From Propionibacteriaceae bacterium (GTDB lineage Bacteria > Actinomycetota > Actinomycetes > Propionibacteriales > Propionibacteriaceae), in NCBI GenBank assembly GCA_031262845.1, contig JAISGZ010000233.1:1-31444 (forward strand): DNA of 31,444 nt, read 5' to 3'. The position numbers and the translations under genes were made by a program. The notes below the pieces were generated by a model. That model did not search any database, was not told the DNA's origin, and worked only from the letters and a program-made list of their open reading frames with translations. How positions within the stretch are numbered: the first letter of the stretch is position 1; each line of letters starts with the position of its first letter. Shown here in pieces: positions 7,659 through 18,156 of this stretch.

Positions 7659-8045
7659 TCAGAGGACTTCGGAAAAATCACAGTCTACTGCGATCCGCGC
7701 CAGCAGTTTGGCCTGTGACCGTGCTACCGCCGCTTCAACGTCACGCCCCGCCTGGTCGAGCAACTGGGACTGTTGCCGCCGCTGGGCGATTTCGGCGGCC
7801 ACGATCTGACCGGCCTCAGCCACGGACACGACCCGGCGCGCTACCTCGGCCTGGCCGAATTCGACCGCGTAGGCGATCGGTCCCTCCGTCACCGTGGCCG
7901 GCTCCTCGGCGGGTTGCGCGCCGGCGTTGTCCAGCGCCGACAACAGTGATCGCAGGGCAGCGATATCCGCTACTTTCCGGGCCTTGGCGGCTCGCGTCAG
8001 TTCAGCCCGTAACCGGCTTGTCAACACCAACACAGCGTCCGTCAT
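7659..8045 (-). CDS. GatB/YqeY-like protein
   Basis: RLRAELTRAAKAR...ALRSLLSALDNA and all-helical character; TAAGCT-N6-ATG. Confidence 0.6.
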   Translation of the reverse strand: MTDAVLVLTSRLRAELTRAAKARKVADIAALRSLLSALDNAGAQPAEEPATVTEGPIAYAVEFGQAEVARRVVSVAEAGQIVAAEIAQRRQQSQLLDQAGRDVEAAVARSQAKLLARIAVDCDFSEVL

Positions 8046-8085
8046 AGCGGCAGCTTAGTGCCGACGTGCTGGTCAGCGACTGATG

Positions 8086-8598
8086 TCAGACCGGCCGTTT
8101 CAACCGGTCACGGGACCGCCGGGTCCGATAACGCACCGCCAACCAGACCAAGACGACCCCACAGATCGCCCCAATCGTGTCGACCATCCAGTCCTTCGGA
8201 TCGGGCGACCGGCCGGGCACGAAGGACTGGTGGAACTCGTCGGTGACGCCGTAAAGCGACGCCAAAACGACTGCCCCAACCGCTCGCCAGACGGTCAAAC
8301 GGGACGGCGGCCGCAGAGTCGTCAGGGAGCTGGGGTCGGCCAACTCGCCCGCCGCCGCCCCGGTCGTGGTCGTCAAATCCGGTTCCGAACGCCCGATCAA
8401 AACCCACCAACCACCGCCGGCGATCGCCAACAGACCACCCAAAATGGCGTATTCACAGAAGTGAGCGACGTAACTGAGGAAGCCGGGGGCCGACGGATAG
8501 GCCCGGGCCGGAATCGCCGACAAGGTAAAGATCACGACCGCCCAGACGCCGACAATGACCCAGCGGATAACTCGTAAGCGACGCAACACGGACCTCAT
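8086..8598 (-). CDS. VanZ family membrane protein
   Basis: VAHFCEYAILG, YGVTDEFHQSFVPGR and DWMVDTIG. Confidence 0.9.
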   Translation of the reverse strand: MRSVLRRLRVIRWVIVGVWAVVIFTLSAIPARAYPSAPGFLSYVAHFCEYAILGGLLAIAGGGWWVLIGRSEPDLTTTTGAAAGELADPSSLTTLRPPSRLTVWRAVGAVVLASLYGVTDEFHQSFVPGRSPDPKDWMVDTIGAICGVVLVWLAVRYRTRRSRDRLKRPV

Positions 8599-8672
8599 CG
8601 TGCCAGAGCCACCGGCAGTTGTGACCGACCCCCACTGTCGACCGTAGCAAGCGGTGGTTTAGCGTGACCGTT

Positions 8673-9293
8673 ATGACGAGTATTACCCCGATTCGCGAGC
8701 CGCGTCTGGATTGGCTGTTAACTCCCGCCAACTCGGCTGTGCTCATCATCGATTACCAACCGACCCAACTCCATTCGATCAATTCGATGAATACGTCCGA
8801 TCTGGTTCACCACATCGTGACCGTCGCCAAAGCCGCCAAGGCCTACAACGTGCCGATCGTATTGTCGACGGTCAACGTTGCCACGACCCGGAACCAAGAG
8901 ACGGTGCCGCCGCTGAAAGAGGTCCTCAACGATGTGCCGTCGTACGACCGGACCTCGATCAACGCCTGGGAGGACCAGGAATTCCTCGACGCCGTCAAAG
9001 CCACCAAGAGGCAGAAACTCATTATGTGCGGGCTGTGGACCGAAGCCTGCCTGACTTTCCCGACGATCGACGCCCTGCGCGAAGGTTTTGAGGTCTACCC
9101 AGTGGTCGACGCGGTCGCTGGCACGACCCCGCTGGCCCACGAAACCGCCTTGCGGCGGGTCGAACAGGCCGGTGCCCAGTTGATCACGATCGCCCAGATG
9201 GTCTGTGAGTGGCAGCGTGACTGGAACCGCGAAGAGACGGTCGACGCTTACCTCGACTTGATGTTCGAGGACCGGGACTTCTTCGGTATGTGA
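8673..9293 (+). CDS. Isochorismatase family hydrolase (YcaC-like)
   Basis: LIIDYQP, DRTSINAWED and GLWTEACL; TAGCGT-N7-ATG supports a start at 8673. Confidence 0.92.
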   Translation: MTSITPIREPRLDWLLTPANSAVLIIDYQPTQLHSINSMNTSDLVHHIVTVAKAAKAYNVPIVLSTVNVATTRNQETVPPLKEVLNDVPSYDRTSINAWEDQEFLDAVKATKRQKLIMCGLWTEACLTFPTIDALREGFEVYPVVDAVAGTTPLAHETALRRVEQAGAQLITIAQMVCEWQRDWNREETVDAYLDLMFEDRDFFGM

Positions 9294-9483
9294 GTGGTTG
9301 CTCACTTACTCCAGACATCGGCGACCGGTCGTGCATCGTCGACACGAATGACAGGTTGCGGGTTGGGCGACATTCCGGGTCGACCAGGATGGGCTGAAAG
9401 CGGGAGTCCACCGCAGATATGTGGTGGTTAACCCGGGACTGTTGAACCGAGGGTCTGACGGATAGAGACTGCTCCTGACAGTG

Positions 9484-10683
9484 TCAGTCGCACACAGCGT
9501 TGACGGCGGTGGCTTCGATCACAGCTGAGCCGACGACTTCGTCACCGTCGTAAAAGACGGCTGTCTGCCCTGGGGCGACGCCGAAAGCCGGTGTGGCTAG
9601 GTTGATGACAACCTCGGCTGACTCGTACGGGGTCTTCCCAGACTCACCAAGACTGAGTGCCGGGGAATCATCGACCGTTGTCAAAACCCCGACGCGCGCA
9701 CCGTCCGCCACCGGTTCAGACCACTCCAACGTGGCCGGCAACGGCTGGCCATGGGCTCGTAGCTGAACCTGTCCGGTGACGCGACCGGTTGGCGGCTGAC
9801 CACTGGTCCACACGGGCTGCCTAGCCCGGATGCGATCGACCCGGAGTTCTTGGCGGGAGCCGACGACGACTGTGGCGGTGGCTGGTTCGAGCCCCACAAC
9901 GTAGCGGGGCTGACCGTCGGCCGCGGGCTGTCCCAAGCGCAACCCGCGCCGCTGGCCGATCGTGAAACCGGTTGTGCCCCGGTGAGCGCCGACGATCTCA
10001 CGTTCGCTGGTGACAATCGGCCCGGGCCGCTCGCCCAGCCGCGATCGCAGCCAACCGGCCGTGTCGCCGTCGGGGATAAAACAGACATCGGTTGAATCCG
10101 GCTTACTCGCGACCGGTAGACCACGTTCGGCGGCCTCTGCTCGGACCGCGCTCTTCGTCATCTCACCGAGCGGGAAGAAGGCTCGACGTAATAGCTCGGG
10201 CGGTAGTGATGCGACCACGTAGGACTGGTCTTTGGCGAAGTCAACGGCCCGTCGCAACGACACCGGCGTGGTGGCCAGTGACCCCGCCACAGTCGGCTCC
10301 GGCCGCATCAAACGAGCGTAATGACCGGTCACGACGCCATCGAAACCGGCCGCCAGCGCTCGTTCGATCACGGCTCCGAATTTGACCGTCCGGTTGCAAC
10401 GCAGGCAGGGATTCGGCGTCCGCCCGGCGGCGTATTCGGCCGCAAAATAATCGACCACCTGGCGCTCGAAGTGGTCGGCTAAATCCCAGACCTCAAATGG
10501 CAGTCCCAGGTGGTCAGCGACCAGGCGGGCGTCGTCCCGGTCATCGGGTGGCCGGCCCGTGTCCGGCAAGCGAGAAAAGAAGTGAAAATAGACCGCCGTC
10601 ACGGCGTGACCAGCCTCGACCATCCGGGCTGCCGCCACCGCTGAATCAACACCGCCTGAAACCGCGGCGATCAAGCGGGCCAC
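9484..10683 (-). CDS. mnmA: tRNA-specific 2-thiouridylase
   Basis: SGGVDS, TPNPCLRCN, TGHYAR, KDQSY, TIGQRRGL and APGQTAVFY; GTG start placed just before the PP-loop. Confidence 0.95.
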   Translation of the reverse strand: MARLIAAVSGGVDSAVAAARMVEAGHAVTAVYFHFFSRLPDTGRPPDDRDDARLVADHLGLPFEVWDLADHFERQVVDYFAAEYAAGRTPNPCLRCNRTVKFGAVIERALAAGFDGVVTGHYARLMRPEPTVAGSLATTPVSLRRAVDFAKDQSYVVASLPPELLRRAFFPLGEMTKSAVRAEAAERGLPVASKPDSTDVCFIPDGDTAGWLRSRLGERPGPIVTSEREIVGAHRGTTGFTIGQRRGLRLGQPAADGQPRYVVGLEPATATVVVGSRQELRVDRIRARQPVWTSGQPPTGRVTGQVQLRAHGQPLPATLEWSEPVADGARVGVLTTVDDSPALSLGESGKTPYESAEVVINLATPAFGVAPGQTAVFYDGDEVVGSAVIEATAVNAVCD

Positions 10684-11008
10684 TATTGCCGCCCGCCGTA
10701 TATCCAGCCAACCGTCATCACGGCACGTCACCCTACTCAACCAACCAACCTCGTGCCGCTTGTCCTGACGGCTGACCTGGTGCGTGACTGACCGGTTGGA
10801 CGGCATACCTACCGGCCACAAGACCTCACGCCAGTCGGTGAAGGATGGTCGGAAATGGATCGAAATGACCACTTGGCTGGGGAAACGTGACCCCAACCTG
10901 ATCGTTCAAGGGGTCCGGAAACGTACCGAGGGCGATGGATCCGAGACGAGCAGTCTGCCAATCGCCGGCGAACGACCGTGACCACTGACCCCTTGTACGA
11001 TGCCAGTC

Positions 11009-11509
11009 ATGGCAACTACAGCTTTCACCGGAATCGCCGTTCAGACGGTCGGAAATCTGCCCACGGTCGGCCAACCGCTGCCGCCGTTCACGCTGACTGG
11101 CCTTGACCTGGCCGATGTCACCTCCGAGTCCTTGGCCGGTCAAACCATCGTGCTCAATGTCTTCCCCAGTATCGACACTGGTGTTTGCGCGATGAGCGTG
11201 CGCCGCTTCAACGAACTGGCGGCCGGCTTGCCCAACACCACGGTGGTCTGCGTCTCCCACGACCTGCCCTTCGCGCTCGGCCGCTTCTGTGGCGCCGAAG
11301 GCATCGACCGGGTGGTCGCGGCCTCAGCTTTCCGGTCGAGTTTCGGTCAGGATTACGGTCTGACAATGATCGATGGCCCGCTTAGGGGTCTGTTGGCCCG
11401 CAGCGTGGTCGTGGCCCGGCCCGATGGCCAGATCAGCTACGTCGAATTGGTGCCGGAAATCGGTCAGGAGCCGAATTACGACGCCGCTATTGCTGCGGCC
11501 CAAGCGTAA
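11009..11509 (+). CDS. tpx: Thiol peroxidase (atypical 2-Cys peroxiredoxin)
   Basis: [31 protein letters not shown] and LLARSV; TACGAT-N7-ATG. Confidence 0.96.
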   Translation: MATTAFTGIAVQTVGNLPTVGQPLPPFTLTGLDLADVTSESLAGQTIVLNVFPSIDTGVCAMSVRRFNELAAGLPNTTVVCVSHDLPFALGRFCGAEGIDRVVAASAFRSSFGQDYGLTMIDGPLRGLLARSVVVARPDGQISYVELVPEIGQEPNYDAAIAAAQA

Positions 11510-11776
11510 ATCTGCTGAACACCGGCACTCGTCGCCGCAACGGGTGACCGGAGGTTGATGGTGGCGTGATACCGCCCAAGTCGGCTACTACAACACCAAT
11601 TTCGTGTTCATTCGTCGTGTCAATGTGGCAACCCCAGTGGCGGCGGAGTCACTATCAGACCTAGTGATGACAGCGAGACCTGACTGGGAGCCCACCGCGT
11701 GTTGCGAGTACGACGATTGAGATGCGACAGCCCACTAGGATGCTGACGACCCGCACATCGTGGAAGGCTCGTAAGC

Positions 11777-12976
11777 ATGTCTCATTTCGCCGCTGTTCCG
11801 TTGGCTCCGCGCGACCCGATTTTGGGTGTGACGGAGGCCTTCCAACAGGATCCGCGACCGTACAAGACCAACCTCGGCGTCGGCGTCTACCAAAACGAAC
11901 AGGGTCAGATCCCGGTGCTCGACTGTGTCCGCCAGGTCGAGCGGGCGATTGGCCACGATCCACGACCGCACGGTTACCTGCCGATTGACGGTTTCCCGCT
12001 CTACATCGCCGCCGTCAAAGCCCTCGTTTTCGGCCCCGACGCGGGTTTGGTGGCCTCCGGCCGGGTGGCGACCTTGCAGGCTCTCGGCGGTACCGGCGGC
12101 CTGAGGCTAGGCGCCGGCGTTCTGGCCGGTTTCAACCCCCGGCCAGGCGTTTTGGTGTCGAACCCAAGTTGGGAGAACCACGAAGCCCTCTTCCGGCGGG
12201 CCGGTTTCCGGGTCGGTCACTACCGCTATTACGACCCCAACCGGCACGGTGTCGACGTCGATGGGCTGGTGGCCGATCTGGCCGCCGCCGCTCCCGGCAC
12301 GATCGTCGTCCTCCACGCCTGCTGCCACAACCCGACCGGTTACGATCTGCGACCCGACGACTGGGCCCGCGTGGTGGCGGTCTGCGCCGACCGCCAGTTG
12401 ATGCCGTTCCTCGATATGGCCTACCAGGGGTTCGACCGTGGCCTTAATGAAGATGCCCAAGCCATCGCCCAATTCGTGGCCGCCGACCTGACGTTCTTGG
12501 TCGCGACCAGTTTCTCCAAATCGCTGAGTTTGTACGGTGAGCGAGTCGGTTCGATCAACTTCGTCACGGGTTCGGCCGACGAAGCCGCCCGGGTCTTGTC
12601 CCAAGCCAAGGTGACGGCCCGGACGATCTACTCGAACCCGCCCAGCTTCGGCGCCAAGGTCGCGGCTCAGGTCCTGACCGATCCCGATTTGCGGGCCAGC
12701 TGGGAAACCGAATTGGGTCAGATGCGGGATCGCATCAAAGCCGTGAGGCGGGCCCTCCGCCGAGGTCTGGAAGACCGGGGGCTGAACGGCAATTTCTCCT
12801 ACATCACGCAGCAGACCGGGATGTTCTCGTACTCCGGTCTAACCCCGGAACAGATGCACCGACTGCGTGATGACTACGCCGTTTATGGGCTCGATTCGGG
12901 TCGCTTGTGTATGGCCGCGATCAACCACGGCAATATCGATCACGTCATCGAAGCCATTGCCAACGTCTGGGAGTAG
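11777..12976 (+). CDS. Aspartate/aromatic amino acid aminotransferase (AspC/TyrB type)
   Basis: NLGVGVY, GGTGGL, LHACCHNPTG, FLDMAYQGF and SFSKSLSLYGERVG. Confidence 0.95.
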   Translation: MSHFAAVPLAPRDPILGVTEAFQQDPRPYKTNLGVGVYQNEQGQIPVLDCVRQVERAIGHDPRPHGYLPIDGFPLYIAAVKALVFGPDAGLVASGRVATLQALGGTGGLRLGAGVLAGFNPRPGVLVSNPSWENHEALFRRAGFRVGHYRYYDPNRHGVDVDGLVADLAAAAPGTIVVLHACCHNPTGYDLRPDDWARVVAVCADRQLMPFLDMAYQGFDRGLNEDAQAIAQFVAADLTFLVATSFSKSLSLYGERVGSINFVTGSADEAARVLSQAKVTARTIYSNPPSFGAKVAAQVLTDPDLRASWETELGQMRDRIKAVRRALRRGLEDRGLNGNFSYITQQTGMFSYSGLTPEQMHRLRDDYAVYGLDSGRLCMAAINHGNIDHVIEAIANVWE

Positions 12977-13070
12977 ACCAACCCACCTCACGCCCGGTCC
13001 GGCCGGGGTGATCCCCACTCGCCGTGACTGTGCAGAAACCCACTCGCAGCACGTCTGGTCAGAAAACCAC

Positions 13071-13847
13071 TCAACCCCCAACCGGGCTGACCCCGAACTC
13101 CAGCGCCACATCAGGCTGGGCCACGTGACACAGCGCCAAGGCTTGTTCGGGTTCATCGGTGATGATGGCGTCAACGCCAAGGTCGATCATGCGCTGAATA
13201 TCGGCCGGCTGGTTGACCGTCCAGACGTTGACCTCCAATTGGGCGGCGTGGGCCGAGTCGACCAAGTCGGCGACGTAATCGACGTAGCGGAAATGCGGGT
13301 GTAAGGCGGTGGCCCACAGCTGGGCGCCATAAACCCAGGGCTCGTAAAGAATGTCGGTAAACAGCACACCGGTTCGGGCCATCGAACCGTGACGCCGTAA
13401 TTGGGCTAGTGAGCAATGGTTAAAGCTCGACAGTGTGACGTAGGGTCCGAGTTCGAAATCATCGATCAACTGGGAAACTTGGTCGGCTAAGTGGTCGTAA
13501 AACACGACTGCGTCTTTGATCTCGACGTTGATTTCCAGTCCCGTCCCAGCCAGCAGAATGAAAACGTCGGCCAAGGTCGGAATCGTGGCGGTATCAGCGC
13601 CGGCGACCGGAGGCCCGGCCACCCGGAGCTGTTTCAACTCCGCCAGCGTGTGGTCCCTGACCAGCCCACGCCCGTCGGTCAGCCGCTCCAAGCGTTCGTC
13701 GTGAAAAACCACGAGCTGGCCGTCGGCGGTCAATTGAACATCCAACTCGACCCCATCGGCGCCCAGTTCAACCGCCGCTTGAAAAGCCGCCAAGGTGTTT
13801 TCAGGGGCTTGCCGACGGGCTCCTCGATGGGCCCAAATTTTCACCAT
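13071..13847 (-). CDS. Glycerophosphodiester phosphodiesterase
   Basis: AHRGA...PENT, ELDVQLTADG, HDERL, EIK and WTVN...GVDAIITD. Confidence 0.94.
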   Translation of the reverse strand: MVKIWAHRGARRQAPENTLAAFQAAVELGADGVELDVQLTADGQLVVFHDERLERLTDGRGLVRDHTLAELKQLRVAGPPVAGADTATIPTLADVFILLAGTGLEINVEIKDAVVFYDHLADQVSQLIDDFELGPYVTLSSFNHCSLAQLRRHGSMARTGVLFTDILYEPWVYGAQLWATALHPHFRYVDYVADLVDSAHAAQLEVNVWTVNQPADIQRMIDLGVDAIITDEPEQALALCHVAQPDVALEFGVSPVGG

Positions 13848-14175
13848 CCGTCACTTTCCTCCATCACACACGGACTGTTCGCCTGAGGCTATCGTCTGCG
13901 GTTGAGCGGCTTTTCAGGGGCTGGGGTCCGTGGCGTCGAAAATGCTGGTCATTCATTTTTGACCCAGTCTTCATTCCCCTTCTGACACATTTTTTACGGT
14001 CGCACGTTAAACTGACTGAGCGCCAGGCTGATTGACGACCTCCCCCTGACACCCGGTCGGCGATTGGACGAGGCGTTTTCGTGGGCGATTATCGCCTCAG
14101 ATAGTGAGAGAAAGGGCAGGCCAACCGCGACATCAGCCTCATCAGCGCAGTGATGTCCCGGTTTCAGGAGAGTCC

Positions 14176-14982
14176 ATGCAGACGTTGACCGTCGATTTGA
14201 CGCCGTCCCAAGCTGCGGCTTTGGTGCGCTGGCATCTCAGCTGTGGGGACGACCGTTTCTTCGAGGCCACCGACGACTTTGGCACGAACGACAACGCCAC
14301 CGTTTACGACACCGGCTGCGACGCGCCCGTCATCCTGCTCCAAACAGCCCGGGTCTTGCCCCGGTCTGGTCTGTCCGGCTGTTCGATCCTGATCTCCAAC
14401 CTGACCGGAGTCACGCGGGTGGCTTTTGCCACCGTTGACGACGGCTCCTGGCTGACCGCCCCGACCCGTGAACGGCTACGGCACAAACTTCTGACCGCTT
14501 TCGAGGCCCACCTCTTACCCGACCCGGTCGGACCTTCAACGGCCGACCTGATCGCCCAGGCCAAGGCTCTGACAACCCCGATCGCGGATCGTGACGCCAC
14601 GGTGGCCGCTGACCTGGCCGAGGCCAACACCGAATTGACCGCCGCGACACTCGCCGCACCACTCGCCGCCGACCAGCTGGCGACCGCTGACGCTTCGCCG
14701 GAGACCGAGTTGGAACCGATCGCCGCGCCCTGGTGGCACAATTCCGGTCCCCAGCCCCATCCCAGCCCGCTGGAACCCGATGGTTTAAGCGATGCGGACT
14801 TCTTCGACCTGATGGCCGGCGTTTTCGATGTCACACTGGAACTGGCCGAATTGATGGCCAACGATGTCCGGACCGCCGACGACCGGCCCGACCCCTACGG
14901 TCCGGGCCCGATCACCGAAATCGAAGCCCTGACCGCCGACGAGGTCGACGCCCTCCGCCAAGCTTCCGGACCGGTCCGCTGA
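14176..14982 (+). CDS. Hypothetical protein, 268 aa
   Basis: GGAGAG RBS before ATG 14176; long ORF with host-like codon use; no family recognised. Confidence 0.65.
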   Translation: MQTLTVDLTPSQAAALVRWHLSCGDDRFFEATDDFGTNDNATVYDTGCDAPVILLQTARVLPRSGLSGCSILISNLTGVTRVAFATVDDGSWLTAPTRERLRHKLLTAFEAHLLPDPVGPSTADLIAQAKALTTPIADRDATVAADLAEANTELTAATLAAPLAADQLATADASPETELEPIAAPWWHNSGPQPHPSPLEPDGLSDADFFDLMAGVFDVTLELAELMANDVRTADDRPDPYGPGPITEIEALTADEVDALRQASGPVR

Positions 14983-15128
14983 CCGCAGCATTGTGATCGG
15001 CCCGGACGCGGACTGACAGATCAACCAATGGTGGACCGGTGCGCTGACCGCACGAACGTGATGATGCCTGGCCGCGGTCTGATCAATCGTGATCGTGGGA
15101 CCGCTTCGTCACCGGCGTCCTGTGATGG

Positions 15129-16004
15129 CTAGGCCAAAGCCACGATCCGGGCGGCCGCCAAACCGGCCAGCACAAGGCCGTAACCACTGAGCGCCAGCCA
15201 CTGATTCCGGGCCCGATGCTCTCGTGGCATCGACACCAGGATGAAGCTGATAGCCAGCCCGCCGACCAAGCCACCGAGGTGGCCCTGCCACGAAATGTGT
15301 TGCGACCACAGCAACGTGACGATGATGTTGAGGACCAGCCACATGAGGATTTGGCGGAAGTCACGGCCGAGTTTGCGTAAGACGATGATGAGCGCCGCGA
15401 TTAGGCCGAACAAACAGGTCGAGGCACCAAGCGTGACCGAGTTCGGGTCGCTGAACCACAGAACCGTGACCGACCCAGTTAAACCCGACAGCAGGTAGAG
15501 GGCGAGGAAACGGGCCCGGCCGAGCACCTGTTCCAGGGTTGGCCCCAAGAACCACAGCGTCAGCAGGTTCATACCGATGTGCATCAGTTGAACGTGGGTA
15601 AACATCGTCGTCAACAGCTGCCAGACCGCCCCCGAGGCGACCCCCGGCGCGATCGCTACGTGGCCATCGACGAGGTAGAAGGAATCAACCGGGCTCAGCG
15701 CCAGCCGGTAAATCCAGGGCGAGTTAGTCCAGCCGGTGGCGATGATCAGACCGAATACGACCAGGTTGATCCCGATCAGAACGTACGTCGTCATCTTGGG
15801 ATTAGCCACCAGTTGGCCGCCGAAGGGGCCGTCGTTCTGACGGCTGCGGCGAGTGTGCTGCTGGACACAGTGGGGACACTGGTAGCCGACCGCCGCCGGG
15901 ACCATACATTCACCACAGATCGGCCGGCCACAACGACGGCAGGTAATCCGGGTAGTCCGGTCCGGGTGCCGGCTACATTGCTGTGCGTCAGGAACCTCAG
16001 TCAC
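15129..16004 (-). CDS. Rhomboid intramembrane serine protease with N-terminal Cys-rich zinc-binding motif
   Basis: C..H...C..C...C..C N-terminus, HIGMN, GAST catalytic motif and SWQGHLGG; TATCCT-N7-GTG. Confidence 0.93.
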   Translation of the reverse strand: MTEVPDAQQCSRHPDRTTRITCRRCGRPICGECMVPAAVGYQCPHCVQQHTRRSRQNDGPFGGQLVANPKMTTYVLIGINLVVFGLIIATGWTNSPWIYRLALSPVDSFYLVDGHVAIAPGVASGAVWQLLTTMFTHVQLMHIGMNLLTLWFLGPTLEQVLGRARFLALYLLSGLTGSVTVLWFSDPNSVTLGASTCLFGLIAALIIVLRKLGRDFRQILMWLVLNIIVTLLWSQHISWQGHLGGLVGGLAISFILVSMPREHRARNQWLALSGYGLVLAGLAAARIVALA

Positions 16005-16166
16005 GCAGGCAAGGATACGTCGTCAGGGTTAACGAGCCACGTCTGGCGGATTCGCCGGATTCTGGTCGACGCCCCTCGACCCGAGTTGGGTTCCTTCGTG
16101 CCTGAAATTTTTTCTGGCGCAGCGGGCGGTGAGACCGAACGACCAGGGGTTAGTGCCCTGTCGCGT

Positions 16167-16964
16167 CTAAAGCTTTTCGCCGCCGATCCGGTTACGCAGT
16201 TCAGCCACAAAAGCCACCACATCAGGATCCGCCCGCAATTCGGACAGCGGCAGGTCACGGCGGCTGAAGTCGATCTCGTGGTCGTAAATCACCCGGCCCG
16301 GGCGGGGGCTGAGCAAGATCACCCGGGTCCCCAAGAGGGTGGCCTCTTCGACCGAGTGGGTCACAAAGATGACGGTTTTGGCTTCGCTTTTCCAGATCGT
16401 CCGCAGTTCTTCCTGCATCAACTCGCGGGTGAAAGTGTCGAGGGCCGAGAACGGTTCGTCGAGCAGCAGAAGATCGGGTTCAGCAGCCAGCGCCCGGGCG
16501 ATTTGGGTCCGCTGCTGCATCCCGCCGGAGAGTTCGTAAACCTTGCTCTGGGCGAATTCGGTCAGGCCAACCCGGGTCAGTTCACGCTCGATCCGAGCGG
16601 CCCGTTCAGCCCGCGGCAGATGTTGTAGTTCGAGGCCAAGGGCGACATTGCCGGCCACCGTTCGCCACGGTAGGAGCGAGGTCGATTGCTGGAACACCAT
16701 GCCCCGCCGGCGGCCTGGGCCGACGACTTCGGCGCCGCCCAATAAGACTCGCCCCCGGCTCGGTGGCCGCAGTCCGGCGATGATCTCCAGCAGCGTCGAT
16801 TTGCCGCAACCGGAGTGGCCAACGATGACGACGAACTGGCCGGCCGCGATCGTCAAGTTGACCGGCGCCAAGGCCTCGACCGGCGGCGCTGAAACCGATT
16901 GATAGGTGTGGCCGACCCCGTCCAAGACGAGGTCGGCCGACCCATGAGTTTGAAGTTCAGTCAC
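16167..16964 (-). CDS. ABC transporter ATP-binding subunit (TauB/SsuB-like)
   Basis: GHSGCGKST, LSGGMQQR, LLLDEPFSALD and FVTHS. Confidence 0.94.
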   Translation of the reverse strand: MTELQTHGSADLVLDGVGHTYQSVSAPPVEALAPVNLTIAAGQFVVIVGHSGCGKSTLLEIIAGLRPPSRGRVLLGGAEVVGPGRRRGMVFQQSTSLLPWRTVAGNVALGLELQHLPRAERAARIERELTRVGLTEFAQSKVYELSGGMQQRTQIARALAAEPDLLLLDEPFSALDTFTRELMQEELRTIWKSEAKTVIFVTHSVEEATLLGTRVILLSPRPGRVIYDHEIDFSRRDLPLSELRADPDVVAFVAELRNRIGGEKL

Positions 16965-16991
16965 ACCAACTCACTTTGTTCAAGGTCACCC

Positions 16992-18062
16992 CTAAACCTT
17001 CTCGGCCGCCGCGGCGGCGAAGGTCGGGTTGACCGCATCCTGGTAAACCTGCTGATCCGAGGTCGAAGTCAGCTGACCGAGATCGACGTTGAACTGGGCC
17101 GATTCGTACAAGTTCAGGCCCAGGTCACCACCGAGGTACTGCTGGCTGGCCTGAGTCGCCGCATCAAGGTAGATGTAGCCCTCGAGTTGTTCGGTCACCT
17201 GTTCGACCGTGATCGCGGCTTCGGCCGCAATCGACTCGATCGCCGCCGGGTCCCGGTCGATGATCCGCTGGGTGGCTTGGGCCTGCTGATCGACCCAGGT
17301 TTGAACCGCTTCGGGGTACTTATCGACGAAGGCGTCGCTGATCACGGCCAAGTCAAAGGTGGCTTTACCGATGTCGGCCATGTCACCGTTGGTCACCAAC
17401 AGATGACCGCCGTCGGCCAAAATTTCCGACAGTGACGGGTTCCAGACCCAGGCGCCGTCGATCTGGCCGGCTTTCCAGGCCGCCAGGGCCGCCGGCGGGT
17501 CCGAATCGATGATGTTGACCTCGGTCGCCGGGATACCGGCGTTCTCGAGCGCCGCCAACATCGAGTAGTGGGCCGTCGAAGCTAGCGGCGTGGCGATGGT
17601 CTTACCGCGCAGATCCTCCAAGGACGTGATTTCCGGTTTGACGGCCAAACCCTCAGCTGAACCGAGGACATCGAAAATCCACGGCACCTGGTACTCGATG
17701 CCGTTGGACAGGCCACGCGAGGTCGGCGATGAGCCCAACATGGCGATGTCGAGGGAATTCGAGACGAAGGCCTGGTTCATGGTCGGGCCGGAGTCGAACA
17801 ACAGCCACTCGATCTTGACCTGGTCGCCGAAGGCCTCTTCCAGCAGGCCCTGGTTTTTGATCACCAGGTCGGAGTTGAGAATGATCTGGTAGCCGATCCG
17901 GATCGTGGCCGGCAGGCTGCTCGACGAGTCGGTGGCATCCGGTTCGGAAGATCCACAAGCGGCTAGGGGGAGCGTCAGGCCGAGGGCGACGGCCGCGACG
18001 GCGGCCCGACGCCACCAACGACGCTTTGCTGTGTCAGACATAATTTTCAATTTCTTTCTCAT
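16992..18062 (-). CDS. ABC substrate-binding lipoprotein (TauA-like; substrate unproven)
   Basis: Lipobox LAAC, IRIGYQ, TPLASTAHYS and IDGAWVW. Confidence 0.88.
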   Translation of the reverse strand: MRKKLKIMSDTAKRRWWRRAAVAAVALGLTLPLAACGSSEPDATDSSSSLPATIRIGYQIILNSDLVIKNQGLLEEAFGDQVKIEWLLFDSGPTMNQAFVSNSLDIAMLGSSPTSRGLSNGIEYQVPWIFDVLGSAEGLAVKPEITSLEDLRGKTIATPLASTAHYSMLAALENAGIPATEVNIIDSDPPAALAAWKAGQIDGAWVWNPSLSEILADGGHLLVTNGDMADIGKATFDLAVISDAFVDKYPEAVQTWVDQQAQATQRIIDRDPAAIESIAAEAAITVEQVTEQLEGYIYLDAATQASQQYLGGDLGLNLYESAQFNVDLGQLTSTSDQQVYQDAVNPTFAAAAAEKV

Positions 18063-18156
18063 CGTGATGGGTTAACGTGATGGGGAGAAAAGTCACTCTG
18101 CCGGTGGCGCCAACACCACCGTGGCTGGGTTGCCCGCAAGCTTAGATCGCGTGTCA

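Noticed and set aside
10684-10896. 71-aa N-terminal extension of MnmA, and similar extensions of yefM, ddl-like, hpt and ppa in the ORF track
   Set aside because: Homology starts downstream and, for yefM, ddl-like and ppa, RBS-like signals support later starts.
11615-11700. SAM-IV-like riboswitch (GGCAACC) upstream of the aminotransferase
   Set aside because: Only one motif is present and the other conserved elements were not found; an Infernal scan would settle it.
15579-16628. Long antisense or alternate-frame ORFs (this one, 1150-1734, 4084-4653, 8718-9305 and similar)
   Set aside because: They overlap well-supported genes, lack motifs, and are expected shadows in high-GC DNA.
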